A stretch of DNA of 64,000 nt from Nemertoderma westbladi (Eukaryota; Animalia; Xenacoelomorpha), in assembly GCA_032718475.1 (NCBI GenBank), contig JAUCBJ010007446.1:1-64000 (forward strand), written 5' to 3'. Positions 50,085 through 61,788 of this stretch are shown here, in pieces. A model generated the notes under the pieces. The model saw only the letters and a list, made by a program, of their open reading frames with translations. It was not told where the DNA came from and made no database searches. A program made the position numbers and the translations under genes. The stretch's first letter is position 1. Each line of letters opens with the position of its first letter.

Positions 50085-50259
50085 CAGCTTCCGGCTCAAT
50101 ATAATTGGGTTTTGAACTATCGACCTGTAACGACGCCTTTATTCCTGTTCTTACAAACTGTATAACGTGATATCCTTTGTCGGATATTCTAATTAAATTG
50201 TCAGATATGGTGTAATCATCACCACCCAGATTGTAAGTAGCTTTGGCGTACCCGTCGCT
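50085..50259 (-). CDS. NRXN: Neurexin exon: LNS6 middle, ending at the SS4 position (not in the ORF track)
   Basis: ttccttag acceptor, GCTG|GTGAGT donor, 175 nt, phase 0-1. SDGYAKATYNLGGDDYTISDNLIRISDKGYHVIQFVRTGIKASLQVDSSKPNYIEPEA resembles [57 protein letters not shown]. Confidence 0.93.
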
Positions 50260-50373
50260 CTAAGGAAAGTAAATGTAACATATTTCAATCACCAAAAACA
50301 TTTAATAAAGAAATTATACATATCGACGAATTATATTACTATAACAGCGAATTTATTAGCTTAAAATTTAAAT

Positions 50374-52092
50374 TACTACTACTACTAGGTCGAGCGAACT
50401 CGGACAGTGGAAATAAGATCCTTCCAGGCTTCCCGATTCTCCAACTACTACTAGGTCGAGCGAACTCGGACAGTGGAAATGAGATCCTTCCAGGCTTCCC
50501 GATTCTCCAACTACTACTAGGTCGAGCGAACTCGGACAGTGGAAATGAGATCCTTCCAGGCTTCCCGATTCTCCAACTACTACTAGGTCGAGCGAACTCG
50601 GACAGTAGAAATGAGATCCTTCCAGGCTTCCCGATTCTCCAACTACTACTAGGTCGAGCGAACTCGGACAGTGGAAATGAGATCCTTCCAGGCTTCCCGA
50701 TTCTCCAACTACTACTAGGTCGAGCGAACTCGGACAGTGGAAATGAGATCCTTTCAGGGTTCCCGATTCTCCAACTACTACTAGGTCGAGCGAACTCGGA
50801 CAGTGGAAATGAGATCCTTCCAGGCTTCCCGATTCTACTACTACTACTAGGTCGAGCGAACTCGGACAGTAGAAATGAGATCCTTTCAGGGTTCCCGATT
50901 CTCCAACTACTACTAGGTCGAGCGAACTCGGACAGTGTAAATGAGATCCTTCCAGGCTTCCCGATTCTCCAACTACTACTAGGTCGAGCGAACTCGGACA
51001 GTGGAAATGAGATCCTTCCAGGCTTCCCGATTCTCCTACTACTACTAGGTCGAGCGAACTCGGACAGTGGAAATGAGATCCTTCCAGGCTTCCTAATTCT
51101 CCAACTACTACTAGGTCGAGCGAACTCGGACAGTGGAAATGAGATCCTTCCAGGCTTCCCGATTCTACTACTACTACTAGGTCGAGCGAACTCGGACAGT
51201 GTAAATGAGATCCTTCCAGGCTTCCCGATTCTCCAACTACTACTAGGTCGAGCGAACTCGGACAGTGGAAATGAGATCCTTCCAGGCTTCCCGATTCTCC
51301 TACTACTACTAGGTCGAGCGAACTCGGACAGTGGAAATGAGATCCTTCCAGGCTTCCTAATTCTCCAACTACTACTAGGTCGAGCGAACTCGGACAGTGG
51401 AAATGAGATCCTTCCAGGCTTCCTAATTCTCCAACTACTACTAGGTCGAGCGAACTCGGACAGTAGAAATGAGATCCTTCCAGGCTTCCCGATACACCAA
51501 CTACTACTAGGTCGAGCGAACTCGGACAGTGGAAATGAGATCCTTCCAGGCTTCCCGATTCTCCAACTACTACTAGGTCGAGCGAACTCGGACAGTAGAA
51601 ATGAGATCCTTCCAGGCTTCCCGATACTCCAACTACTACTAGGTCGAGCGAACTCGGACAGTGGAAATGAGATCCTTCCAGGCTTCCCGATTCTACTACT
51701 ACTACTAGGTCGAGCGAACTCGGACAGTGGAAATAAGATCCTTCCAGGCTTCCCGATACTCCAACTACTACTAGGTCGAGCGAACTCGGACAGTGGAAAT
51801 GAGATCCTTCCAGGCTTCCCGATTCTCCAACTACTACTAGGTCGAGCGAACTCGGACAGTAGAAATGAGATCCTTCCAGGCTTCCCGATACTCCAACTAC
51901 TACTAGGTCGAGCGAACTCGGACAGTGGAAATGAGATCCTTCCAGGCTTCCCGATTCTACTACTACTACTAGGTCGAGCGAACTCGGACAGTGGAAATAA
52001 GATCCTTCCAGGCTTCCCGATTCTCCAACTACTACTAGGTAGAGCGAACTCGGACAGTGGAAATAAGATCCTTCCAGGGTTCCCGATTCTCC
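50374..52092 (-). repeat. 66-bp tandem array (~26 copies) consisting of the 3' terminus of the adjacent LINE
   Basis: Unit ggagaatcgggaagcctggaaggatctcatttccactgtccgagttcgctcgacctagtagtagtt corresponds to the last codons (ENRE.WKDLISTVRVRST*) and TAG tail of ORF 52035-52445. Confidence 0.95.
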
Positions 52093-52458
52093 ATAGTTGT
52101 CGCAATTTCGTTTCTCCCAAGTTCAGTATCCCTTTCAAGTTGATCTATATATGTTATGGCTGGTCGTCCACGACTACGCTTTCCATGAGTTGGTTGCCAG
52201 AGAAGTAGATCTGGTATGACCTCGTCTTTACTTCGCCAGCAGTGCCCACTGAATCTTAATCTGCGTTCACGGAGGGTGGTTGATACAGGTGGTATTGTAC
52301 CATAAAGCTCGGCGTTTGTCATGTGTTGTCTCCAGCTGATGTTTAGGGCTGCCCTTAGTAGTCTTGTGTTGCAACCATCAATTCGTTGTTCAAGTGATTT
52401 AGTCAGTGTCCAGGTCTCACCCCCGTATAAAAATACACTTTCCACTGTGGCTCGATTT
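52027..52458 (-). mobile_element. 5'-truncated RTE-like LINE (family B)
   Basis: RATVESVFLYGGETWTLTKSLEQRIDGCNTRLLRAALNISWRQH...RRLRFSGHCWRS...WQPTHGKRSRGRP is an RTE-type RT C-terminus; (TAG)n tail. Confidence 0.9.
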
Positions 52459-52520
52459 AAATGGAATTTAAATTAATTGGATTATAACATTGTTATTTAT
52501 ACATTTATAGATTAACTGTA

Positions 52521-52620
52521 TAAGGGGGCATTCATAAAGTATGCCACGCACTAGGGGGGTCGAGCTTGAGTGACACTTTGTGACCCCCCATGTCACAGTG
52601 ACTTTTTTTTTTTTTTTTTT
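52521..52620. mobile_element. Possible left end of a PIF/Harbinger-type MITE interrupted by the LTR element
   Basis: taa|gggggcattcataaagtatgccacgc resembles TIRs of TWA-target MITEs; the partner TIR would lie beyond the window. Confidence 0.35.
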
Positions 52621-53468
52621 TGTAAAAGCCTTTGCTGAATTGCCCCGTTATTTTTATTAACTTTTACATTAAAATACTCTGTAGTTGATTTAATAAGTGT
52701 AAGAGACCGTATTATTGCTGTATCGGTGTTTTTAGAGGATCTAAGACCTATTTCCTCCGTATGTGTACTGTGAAAGGCACATTTTGTGATTCTATGGCAA
52801 TTCGTGACGCAAAGGGGTGATAGCTACTCTTGAACAGTAGTTACTATGACTACGGTTAACAGCTGACATTCATACGTGTTGATTTCCTTTGTTCTATGGC
52901 GTCTCTCAGTTCAGTCAGCCAATGAGAGCGTTTTTGTGGCTCCTTGTACAGAAAATTTCCGAGAAATGACGCAATGCCTATGTGCAGTGTTTACATTCAG
53001 TCTTGAGCCAAAGAAAGAACGGCTTGGAAGTATTTTGTGCTGTACTGTTTTTTAGTCGTACACTAGTAGGTTTAATTATAAAGGGCATATATCCTTTAAC
53101 TGACCTGCAATTTAACATACCTGATGACTGCAAACTGACTACTTGAATATCTCATGCCTATGTGCACTGACATACCGGTACTGACTTGTTGTTTTATACT
53201 GCTATTTGCCGTCAGTTCTTCATAATATGGTTGATGAATAATTATATTTGGAATAACGATAAATAACCCCGCAACCCAATATTCTTGATATACCGAAGGT
53301 AAGAGAGAAAGGTTACTAATAACGATTGTGACTTATGTTAAAGTGGTTTGAAGTGAATCTAATGTTATTTGATAGACCCTACATGAGTCAGCCTGTGTTC
53401 CTTTTATATGTGACTAAAATCAGTGAAGATTGGCAGATTAGTGTGCAGTATTGTGCAGCATAGTGTAT
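52621..53468 (+). repeat. 5' LTR (minimum extent 848 bp; true 3' end not determinable)
   Basis: Matches 63153-64000 with no difference seen by eye. Confidence 0.92.
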
Positions 53469-54197
53469 GAGTGAGTCTGTTAAAGAAGCAATTCCTAAAG
53501 AATGCGCCATATATGTGGATTATAATTAAGCCATATCGTTGCGAGTAGTTTAAGTCATAACTCTGTTTATGTAGATAAAGCGCCACGTCCTAAAGGAACT
53601 GTTAATATTACCGAAGGTGAATAATATTGTCAGAGATTATATAATACTGTCAGTCGAATAATACATTAGGCTTACATAGCAATAAAAATTAAACCGTCGA
53701 ACCCAATCTCCCGGGAATATCCAGCGGGTGAATGGTCGCGCACGGATTGGTTTCGACTAGTGTAGTGAATCAAATACTTGTCATAGACTAAAAAGCGATT
53801 TATTATCTAGAAGACATTCTAATTTGGCGGGTTAAACTGCCAAAGGTCTGAAAGCGCGAACATTAAAGGATATAGCTTCTTTATTGCAGTAAGCAATAAA
53901 GTCGAAAGTACCGGTCGACCGGTAACCAGTAGGCCTGACTGCCTGATCATCCGGACCGGTACTTACTTCCGTATAAGTACAGCAGTATTATTCGATTTGA
54001 TTATATATGCCGGTAGGTCTTAATAATTAATCGGGGACGCCTGGTTTTTATTGGGATTTTACTTAGGCCTATTTCTGTCAGTTTTATTTGTTTGTAGGCC
54101 AGTATTGAACAGAAGGCGTGTAAACCTGATCAGATTGTACAGACAATTTGTAGGCTGAGCTGTTGTCTGATTGCTGTTAAGTCCGAACGAATTGCAG

Positions 54198-54710
54198 TGT
54201 GTGTAGAGCACTTGTCCGATTAAGTACGGTTAGGAAGTAGGGGCAGCCACGCTGTAAGGTAAACCCCCAACTAAAGAATAAGTCGCACTACTGGGTTAGA
54301 GCGCATACTCCCTAATCATTTCGGAGTCTGCATGTCCTGTAGTTTATTTAGGCTTGAGAGTAGTCTGCCATCGTTTAGTCTGTACTTTGTTTGTGTAAGT
54401 CTGTACGGGTAGCGTATAATTTTATTTAGATAATTTGTAGGCTGGATAGTTGTCTGGCTGTTATTAGGTCTGAACGGATTGCCGCGTGTGTAGATCATCT
54501 GTCCGATTAAGTACGATTAGGCAGTAGGGGCAGCAACGCTGTAAGGTAAACCCCCAACTAAAGAATAAGTCGCACTACTGGGTTAGAGCGCATACTCCCT
54601 AATCATTTCGGAGTCTGCATATACCGTAGTTTGTTTAGGCTTGATGGTAGTCTGTCAGTGTTCGGTCTGTATTTTATTTGAGTAGTTTGTACGCGTAGCG
54701 TAATATTTAT
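54198..54710 (+). repeat. ~288-bp direct duplication in the retroelement leader
   Basis: gctgtaaggtaaacccccaactaaagaataagtcgcactactgggttagagcgcatactccctaatcatttcggagtctgcat occurs at ~54251 and ~54538. Confidence 0.9.
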
Positions 54711-56023
54711 TATTCAGAGTTTATGCGATTATTCGCAACATTCATTCCCTAAGTTTGTTCCTACAGTAATTGTGTTTGTTATACATACCGTTATAGTTAA
54801 ATTAACCCCGGTACTATACGGGCTGCTTGGCGTAGGTAAAGACTGGTGATTTTGTGCATCGGTCACTCCAGCAGATGCCGTGGTTCTTTTAGCTGTTCAA
54901 GTATATTTAACTACTGATTATTTGTTGTACAAGTACTCGTACCTAATTTAGGGTTTAGTGTACAGTGCTTTCCCGAAGTAATTATTGTAGCCATTATATT
55001 TGTGTTGTAAAGTGGTTGATAGGCACATTCGATTAGCTCTATTAACTTCTAGGTAGGAACACTCCGTGATACATAACGTAGAACCTATAGCGATACGGCT
55101 ATAGGTCGTCAGGCGGTGGTATTTTCCTATCTAGACAACGCAGTGTATTTGCTACTACTTATTATTTCAAATACCGTAGTACCCTGTCCGCTGTAATAAT
55201 CAGTTTTCTAACCCTTTGTTAGGCTGGTTTGTAGACTTCTTGTAAAATTACCCTAAAAATTCGTATTTGTGTTTTTGTAAAATTTTGTGTTTATTTAGAG
55301 ATTGTAATCTCAACCCAAATTGTACGTAATTTGTAGTATTAAGTAACTTAGGTAAATTAGTATTATTTGTTTTAGTGTCCTGTACGTAACACTTCACTGA
55401 AAGCGCACCGCTTTGTGTAGTGATTACTCCCCAGAAATAATAACATTTATTTCAAACATTGACAAAACCCATTAAAACGGGTATATATATATTATAAATC
55501 AAATCTAACGATTTATAAATCGTAGGCCTACCATACAACCATTAGGTCTCAATATAAGTTGGATTACTGCTCAAATAACGGTAATAAAGTAAGTAAAGTA
55601 ACCAAGTAACCCTAAAGTAACAGAAAGTCAATTATTTGAAATAATTGATATACCGGTATTTACGATAGGCCTATTATCTTTACTTCTATAAATCTAGGCT
55701 GAAATTATACCGGTACTTGTAATTAATTCTATTTCAGAATTATATATACTACAAACTGTAAGCTGTATATACCGGTATTCCGATAGGCCTATTATATTTT
55801 TATATATATTTGTGCTAAAATTATACCGGTATTCTGTGATAAACCTAGTCTGTAATAATAGTTATATATACTATAAGCATACCGGTATTCTAATATATTA
55901 TATATATCACGCTACACTGAGTAGCAGTACCGGTAATTAATTACTAGGCTAGCAGTTAATACTGAGTTACTAGACTTGCTCAGACTGTAATACAGCAGTA
56001 GACATTCAACTGTACACATAAGC

Positions 56024-59000
56024 ATGTCGGACGCAAAGCAGAATCTGTCAGACAGTCTACTAGATACAACCGAGAGCGAAGTGACAGCAGAGAAACCGCA
56101 TAAGAAGGATGCCATTGATATCTATCTGTCTGACTATCAGCGTTTTTTGGGAGATGAAGAGTTGAGGAGAAGGTTAGAGGGACTTAGCCCTAATAGCGAA
56201 GGAGCCAAACTCGTGTTAGATGCAATTGATGTGGATAGGTTAGCGGCGAACCAAGCTAAATTCGATGAACAACTCCGCCTGACAAGAGTCAAAGAAGAAC
56301 AAGTAAAGAAAAAACGTATAGAAGACAGAAAGGCAGCGGCAGTAGCAGCAGCAGCTGCAGAAGCAGAAACAAAGGCAGCAGCGGCAGAGGCAGCGGCAGA
56401 GGCAAAAGCGGCAGCGGCAGAGGCAAAAGTGGCAGAGGCAGCGGCAGAGGCAAAAGCGGCAGAAGCAGAAAGAAAGGCGGCAATGGCAGCGACCGAAGCG
56501 GAAAGAAAGGCGGCAGAGGCAGTGGCAGAAGCAGAACGGAGGGCATCTGAAGAGGCAACCCAAATAGAGTTGGAAAATCTTCAAGAGAGGCAAGACAACT
56601 TCAATAAACAGTTAACAGCGAGCAATATGCAGATGATGAGTCGATCTACTCCCAAGAGACAGGGGTATACATCATCTGAGGAAGGCGATACCACCGACAC
56701 CGAAGGCGGAGGAAATCGATCTCGCCTAAGCAGACGTAAAAGAACATTCCACCGGCAGAAATTGCCTGATTTGCCTCCAGCTGTTAGAAGGCAACTAAAT
56801 AACACCAAAATAGGTAGTACAGAGCCCACAGACCAAATAATTAAAATAGAAAGACTCCCTACTATAGTAGATGAGCCTGAAATAATTAGGCCTGTTCTTG
56901 AAATCACCCCTTCGGTGATAGACGCACATGTGCTCCCTGAAACTACCTCTAAATTCCCTCTGCATAGCACTAAGCTACCTGTGCCCCGCAGAACTGCCCA
57001 AGAGACAGTTCAGGTCCTGGACCCCGAGCGAAATATTCACAATTTGTCGCCCGTTGTCCCTCGTCCGCCCGCTACAACGTTGGCGACTCCCGCTTCGGCG
57101 GTCGAATGGGTGGACAGGGGACGGCGGGGGATGGATATCCTGCTCGGGCAGATGCAGGAGACTGTCCAGCAATTCAAGGGCACAGTAAGGGAAAGTAGGC
57201 TAGAGTTGCAAGAAGTGCAGCAAAGTATCGCGCTAGAACGCGATAAATTAGTAAATACCCAAAAGGGTATACCACCACCCTCTGTAACAATGTGTCAACC
57301 TGTTAGGTCTGAAGTATTGCATGCGCAAGGTGTGGAGCCTACACGCATATATACTGCTAGCGAAGTAGAAACTCCTATAGTGAACCCTATTAAGGGTAAT
57401 TATAGACCTGTTGATAATGATATTCCCTATAGAACTGATCATAATCCGAGAAATTTATATACCGATAACTCGATATTAAATAACACGATGGCCCAAGAAA
57501 GTTTTACGCGTCAAATGGCTAGAACCGAAGCCCGGCAAGCGGTAAAGGTTGGAGAGATCGTCAAGTTCAATGGAGATGAGATGAAGTGGTTACCTTTTAA
57601 TGAATATTACAAAGATAACATACAGAACTCTGTACTATCTAATGGAGAAAAACTTAGATACCTCATCGAGTGCTTGGAAGGATCTCCCAAGTTAATGGCG
57701 TTAAGGTTTATTGGACATCCAGACGGATTAAGACAAGTTTGGGATACACTAAACATCAGGTATGGTAATAGGAATAACATAGCTGGGTATTTGTATGCAA
57801 AGTTGGTAGCGCCCCGAAAGTTTATTAGCAGCGGGATTATAGAGTTTTCCGATGAAATTCAGGAGATCTGCAGACAATTAGATTGGCTAGGTAAGTCTCA
57901 TGAGTATCAGAGTGCTATGGTTATTAGAGCAGTGGCTTCTACTTTACCGAAGGGTGGAGTAGGTACACGCTGGGATAAGAAAGTGTTATATATGATGGAA
58001 CAACAACGACGAGACCCTACCATGGCTGATCTCATGTCATTCTTAGATGGAGAAGTGAAATTACAGCTCCTAAGGCAGTCCAGAGAGAAGACATTGGAAA
58101 ACAAGGTAAGTGAGAAACCCGTTTCTAGGAGAAGGGTAATACCAGTATGTTATACCGACGACGGTGAAAGCCAAACTTCTCAAGGAGAGGACAGCGGGAA
58201 AGACACTGACAGATCTTATGTCAATAAAATGCCTAAAGATCAGGTAAGTAAATCCAAGTCTCGACCCAATGACAGAAGGGAACCGGTACAAAAAACCCCT
58301 CCTACGTCTCCTAAAAGAACTCAGGTGAGAAAGCCCGAGGAAAGAACAAGTGTGCACCACATAGCACAGGTTAAAGTAAGTAACATCAAGCCCAAATGTG
58401 TGCTGTGCGACGGGCCCCACCGTTTAAATGCGTGTGATAAATTCCTGAGGAAATCACTAAAGGATAGACGTGAAGTCATGTGGGATAAGCGGTTGTGTTA
58501 TAATTGCCTCAGACGAGGACACCAACGGCGAACCTGTAACTCCGACGCAAGGTGTGCAAAGTGCGGCGCAAAACATCATATCTTGTTGCACACGGAATTC
58601 GAACGAAACAGCCAGAGTCAGGTAAGTGAGTCCGAACTACATGTCCAATTCAGTGATGTGAACGATACTGATCAATCTGAGATGGAAGGATTCTATACGG
58701 ACGAGTTCTCCGACCAAAACGAATCCTGTTACCTAATAAACACCACCGCAGTGTATCGAGTACTCGTGCATGAGGAAGACACAGACAGCGACCTTACCTT
58801 AACTACTTCCGATCAACAACCATCTTGGAAAGCGCCAACTTCCAATATAGGAATCCGAGAATTTCCTGTAGTCCAGTTACGGGTCCACGGACCTCAGAAG
58901 AGCTATATAGTGAACGCCCTCCTGGACTCCGGTAGCACAGGAACATTCGTCGATAAAGAACTAGCCGAAGTCATCTTTGCTGGACAACCCAAGTTCCGAA

Positions 59001-60136
59001 CCAAGCTAAACATGTCAGGGATCATGCAGGTTTGGAATTCTACTGTAGCTGCCGACTATTATATAGGTGAGTTGTCCACCCCCCAGGACGAACTAGGAGA
59101 ACATAGCATCAGGTCAGTGAAAATGGTGGCTATAAAGAACTTCGCTACTACTCAAGCAGACCTTTATAATTGGGACGAGGATGAGAGCATCCAACATCTT
59201 AACATACCTCGATTCCAGACTGATTATCCTGGAGTGCAAATACTCATCGGCCAAAACGCGCATGAGGCGCTGGAGACATTAGAGAAACGGCCTGCTCAAC
59301 CGCAGCCACTACAGACCTATGCGGTAAGAACTAGAGTAGGTTGGTACCTTACTGGACCTTCCCGTAGAACGCTCAGGGAAAGACTGCTTCAAGATCGCGT
59401 CTGCCAGGTGAGTGAATGGGAAGATGATACTAGTGAGGGAGACGACCCAACTGAGGGAACACCACACTCCTCAGATAATGACAATCTTAGCTCCAATGTA
59501 GATCAATGGAGATATTGCCCCAAGAAGTTTAATCCAACGGACATCGCTTCCAGAGGAGCAACTCCTCAAGAACTGACAGATACTATAGACCGGTTAGGTG
59601 AACCCGACTTCCTGAGTAAGGAGAATGAATGGCCTCCCCATCTTACTCCGACTGAGATTAGACCAGCCAAGGGAGCGGAGAAAGTCGAACCTGAAACCCG
59701 GACGGGTGGATCGGAGTTATTTGAACCCGGGATAGATCTGTCGGTATTACATGTTGCCAGGGACGACGCCGTGGATCTGGGCTTCCCCTCCGCGAGTGGA
59801 TCCTTCATGAAGATCAGAGAGAGCGATTGGAGCTCTGGAACATCAGACGTCTCGCAGGGACTCTCACCTCTCCTGCAGAGAGCGACGGACCACTATAGCT
59901 CCTGGAATCGGCTTTGTGACGCCGTCATATACTTTGAGCGATGTTTCTATCGTCACTATTCCAGGACGAAGAGGAAACCTGGAATTGTATTCAGGATGCA
60001 GCGACTCAATCACCCAGTCGGTCGTTTGTGTTTATCGGAAGGAAATGGAGGACTCTCCGGAAACTGTGGAAGGCAAGATTCTCTTCCCACGACCACCTCC
60101 CTAATCCTTCAAACATCTAGGGACTCCATAACGTAA
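56024..60136 (+). CDS. BEL/Pao Gag plus aspartic protease, fused in frame to a post-RNase H remnant (no RT, no integrase)
   Basis: Gag core KFNGDEMKWLPF...LSNGEKLRYLIECLEG; triple Zn knuckle CVLCDGPH..C, CYNCLRRGH..C, CAKCGAKHHILLH; protease ALLDSGSTGTFV, ILIGQN, AVRTRVGWYLTGP; then directly QWRYCPKKFNPTDIASRG and HYSSWNRL. Confidence 0.92.
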   Translation: MSDAKQNLSDSLLDTTESEVTAEKPHKKDAIDIYLSDYQRFLGDEELRRRLEGLSPNSEGAKLVLDAIDVDRLAANQAKFDEQLRLTRVKEEQVKKKRIEDRKAAAVAAAAAEAETKAAAAEAAAEAKAAAAEAKVAEAAAEAKAAEAERKAAMAATEAERKAAEAVAEAERRASEEATQIELENLQERQDNFNKQLTASNMQMMSRSTPKRQGYTSSEEGDTTDTEGGGNRSRLSRRKRTFHRQKLPDLPPAVRRQLNNTKIGSTEPTDQIIKIERLPTIVDEPEIIRPVLEITPSVIDAHVLPETTSKFPLHSTKLPVPRRTAQETVQVLDPERNIHNLSPVVPRPPATTLATPASAVEWVDRGRRGMDILLGQMQETVQQFKGTVRESRLELQEVQQSIALERDKLVNTQKGIPPPSVTMCQPVRSEVLHAQGVEPTRIYTASEVETPIVNPIKGNYRPVDNDIPYRTDHNPRNLYTDNSILNNTMAQESFTRQMARTEARQAVKVGEIVKFNGDEMKWLPFNEYYKDNIQNSVLSNGEKLRYLIECLEGSPKLMALRFIGHPDGLRQVWDTLNIRYGNRNNIAGYLYAKLVAPRKFISSGIIEFSDEIQEICRQLDWLGKSHEYQSAMVIRAVASTLPKGGVGTRWDKKVLYMMEQQRRDPTMADLMSFLDGEVKLQLLRQSREKTLENKVSEKPVSRRRVIPVCYTDDGESQTSQGEDSGKDTDRSYVNKMPKDQVSKSKSRPNDRREPVQKTPPTSPKRTQVRKPEERTSVHHIAQVKVSNIKPKCVLCDGPHRLNACDKFLRKSLKDRREVMWDKRLCYNCLRRGHQRRTCNSDARCAKCGAKHHILLHTEFERNSQSQVSESELHVQFSDVNDTDQSEMEGFYTDEFSDQNESCYLINTTAVYRVLVHEEDTDSDLTLTTSDQQPSWKAPTSNIGIREFPVVQLRVHGPQKSYIVNALLDSGSTGTFVDKELAEVIFAGQPKFRTKLNMSGIMQVWNSTVAADYYIGELSTPQDELGEHSIRSVKMVAIKNFATTQADLYNWDEDESIQHLNIPRFQTDYPGVQILIGQNAHEALETLEKRPAQPQPLQTYAVRTRVGWYLTGPSRRTLRERLLQDRVCQVSEWEDDTSEGDDPTEGTPHSSDNDNLSSNVDQWRYCPKKFNPTDIASRGATPQELTDTIDRLGEPDFLSKENEWPPHLTPTEIRPAKGAEKVEPETRTGGSELFEPGIDLSVLHVARDDAVDLGFPSASGSFMKIRESDWSSGTSDVSQGLSPLLQRATDHYSSWNRLCDAVIYFERCFYRHYSRTKRKPGIVFRMQRLNHPVGRLCLSEGNGGLSGNCGRQDSLPTTTSLILQTSRDSIT

Positions 60137-61788
60137 CAACATATGGAGTGGGCGTGTGACTCTATTATTTTATGTTATTATTATTATTTTTATATTTATG
60201 TATGTATTACTAGGTAATTTTATTATAATCGTTTTATTTAATTTAGTAGAATATTATTTAGCGATTATTTTGTAGAATAGTGCAATATATTCGTGTTTAT
60301 TATGTACATACTTACTTATATTATATTTAGTGCGACGGCGAAGAAATAATTATTTTTCTCTTCCTTACTGTCCGTATTATATTATAAATACGTAACTACA
60401 GTAAGATGAAATGTCTGTACTTATTGAGGTACAATAAAGCCACTACTATATTTAAGTATTATTGGTAGGCAGAGTATTAGGAATGCAAAGTTCAGATCCT
60501 CGTGTCTCGGCTAAACCAAGCTCTGGGTAGACCTTGGAAACGACTTGCCTCTTCACACTGACATTGCTTCGTGCGATATTGCTCTCATACCGTATATTAA
60601 ATAATACATATAGTAGCGTGATGTCCCTTTAACAGTAGCGTATAACGCAAAATAAATCTGTTAAACCCTTTGACTATCTGTAATTCTAGTCGATTAAGAT
60701 ATCGTGGCACCCACCGATATACTTGAAAGACAAATTCTAGAATCAGTGGTTAACGTCCCCAGACAAGTTCTGGAATAAATTGGTGCCCATCTCAAATATT
60801 AATTATTTAATATTTGCAAATCTAATACGTCAAAATCTGTAAAATTCAGATCCTTCAACAATTCTAGTCAATTAAGATATCGTAGCATTTACCGATATTC
60901 TTAAAAAGACAATTGTCATAGAATTAAGGATCTTGTGTCCCCAGACATGTTCTGGAATCCAAATATGTCCATTTAATTATCAAATAATAAAATTTCAGGG
61001 AATCAATTTAAATTCATGCCTTTTAATGAATTTAATAAATTGCCATTTTTACGCAATTTATAAAGTTCCCAAAATTCCATTAATTAATAGATCAAGGGAG
61101 CGGAGATTTATCTTATCATGCGTATGAGTGTGTGAAAGTCTCCCAAACATAGTCAATAGCCGATAAAATTCATAAAGTCATGTATAAAACAGAACATTGA
61201 CTATTAAAGAATTACTATTAAATAACATCCCAGATCTGTATGCATTGGAATCACCCTAATTCTACCGCTAGCTTTGCATAATGTCACCATAGCAACAACC
61301 ACGCTAGAATTAGAATTGAGTTAAAAGAACAATAGAAAGCTTGTCCCATTGAATAGCATAGGGAATAAATAGTGCACTGATAGTATCCAAGGATACATAA
61401 TAATACAGTGACATTCTGGAAGGCATTGACTAACGGACAAGTGACCCGAGTGTGTGTAATTTGTGACAAGTTGTGTGTGTGGTATTTGTGAGTTTATAGG
61501 TGAATGTTACTGCTAAGGTGTGTTTACAGTAGCTAGTCGCAATCGTAAAAGTAACCTAACTCTCCAAGGAAACCTGAAGTACATCTAAGCCTTTGGGACG
61601 GACAGTTGAGTGACTTGTGCCGGTTGTCGTTGTCGTTGTGCGGCTACGTCGTTGGCGAAAGTACAGCGGCGACGACACATCGGCGCTGAGGATCTCGTAC
61701 TGTCCGGGGGTTGATTGAAGTAGGCAGCGACGCCCGCTCGCCTAAATGTGGACTCATTATAATATGGATAAACTCATATATAGCAGAT

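Noticed and set aside
50339-52138. 599-aa repetitive ORF
   Set aside because: Alternative frame of the 66-bp LINE-tail array; no independent coding evidence.
53811-53845. 5' LTR end and primer-binding site (aagaca...tggcggg)
   Set aside because: Plausible, but the 3' LTR end is outside the window and no tRNA match could be verified.
56240-56593. Cys-rich and Leu/Pro-rich minus-strand ORFs
   Set aside because: Antisense shadows of the Ala/Glu-rich gag segment.
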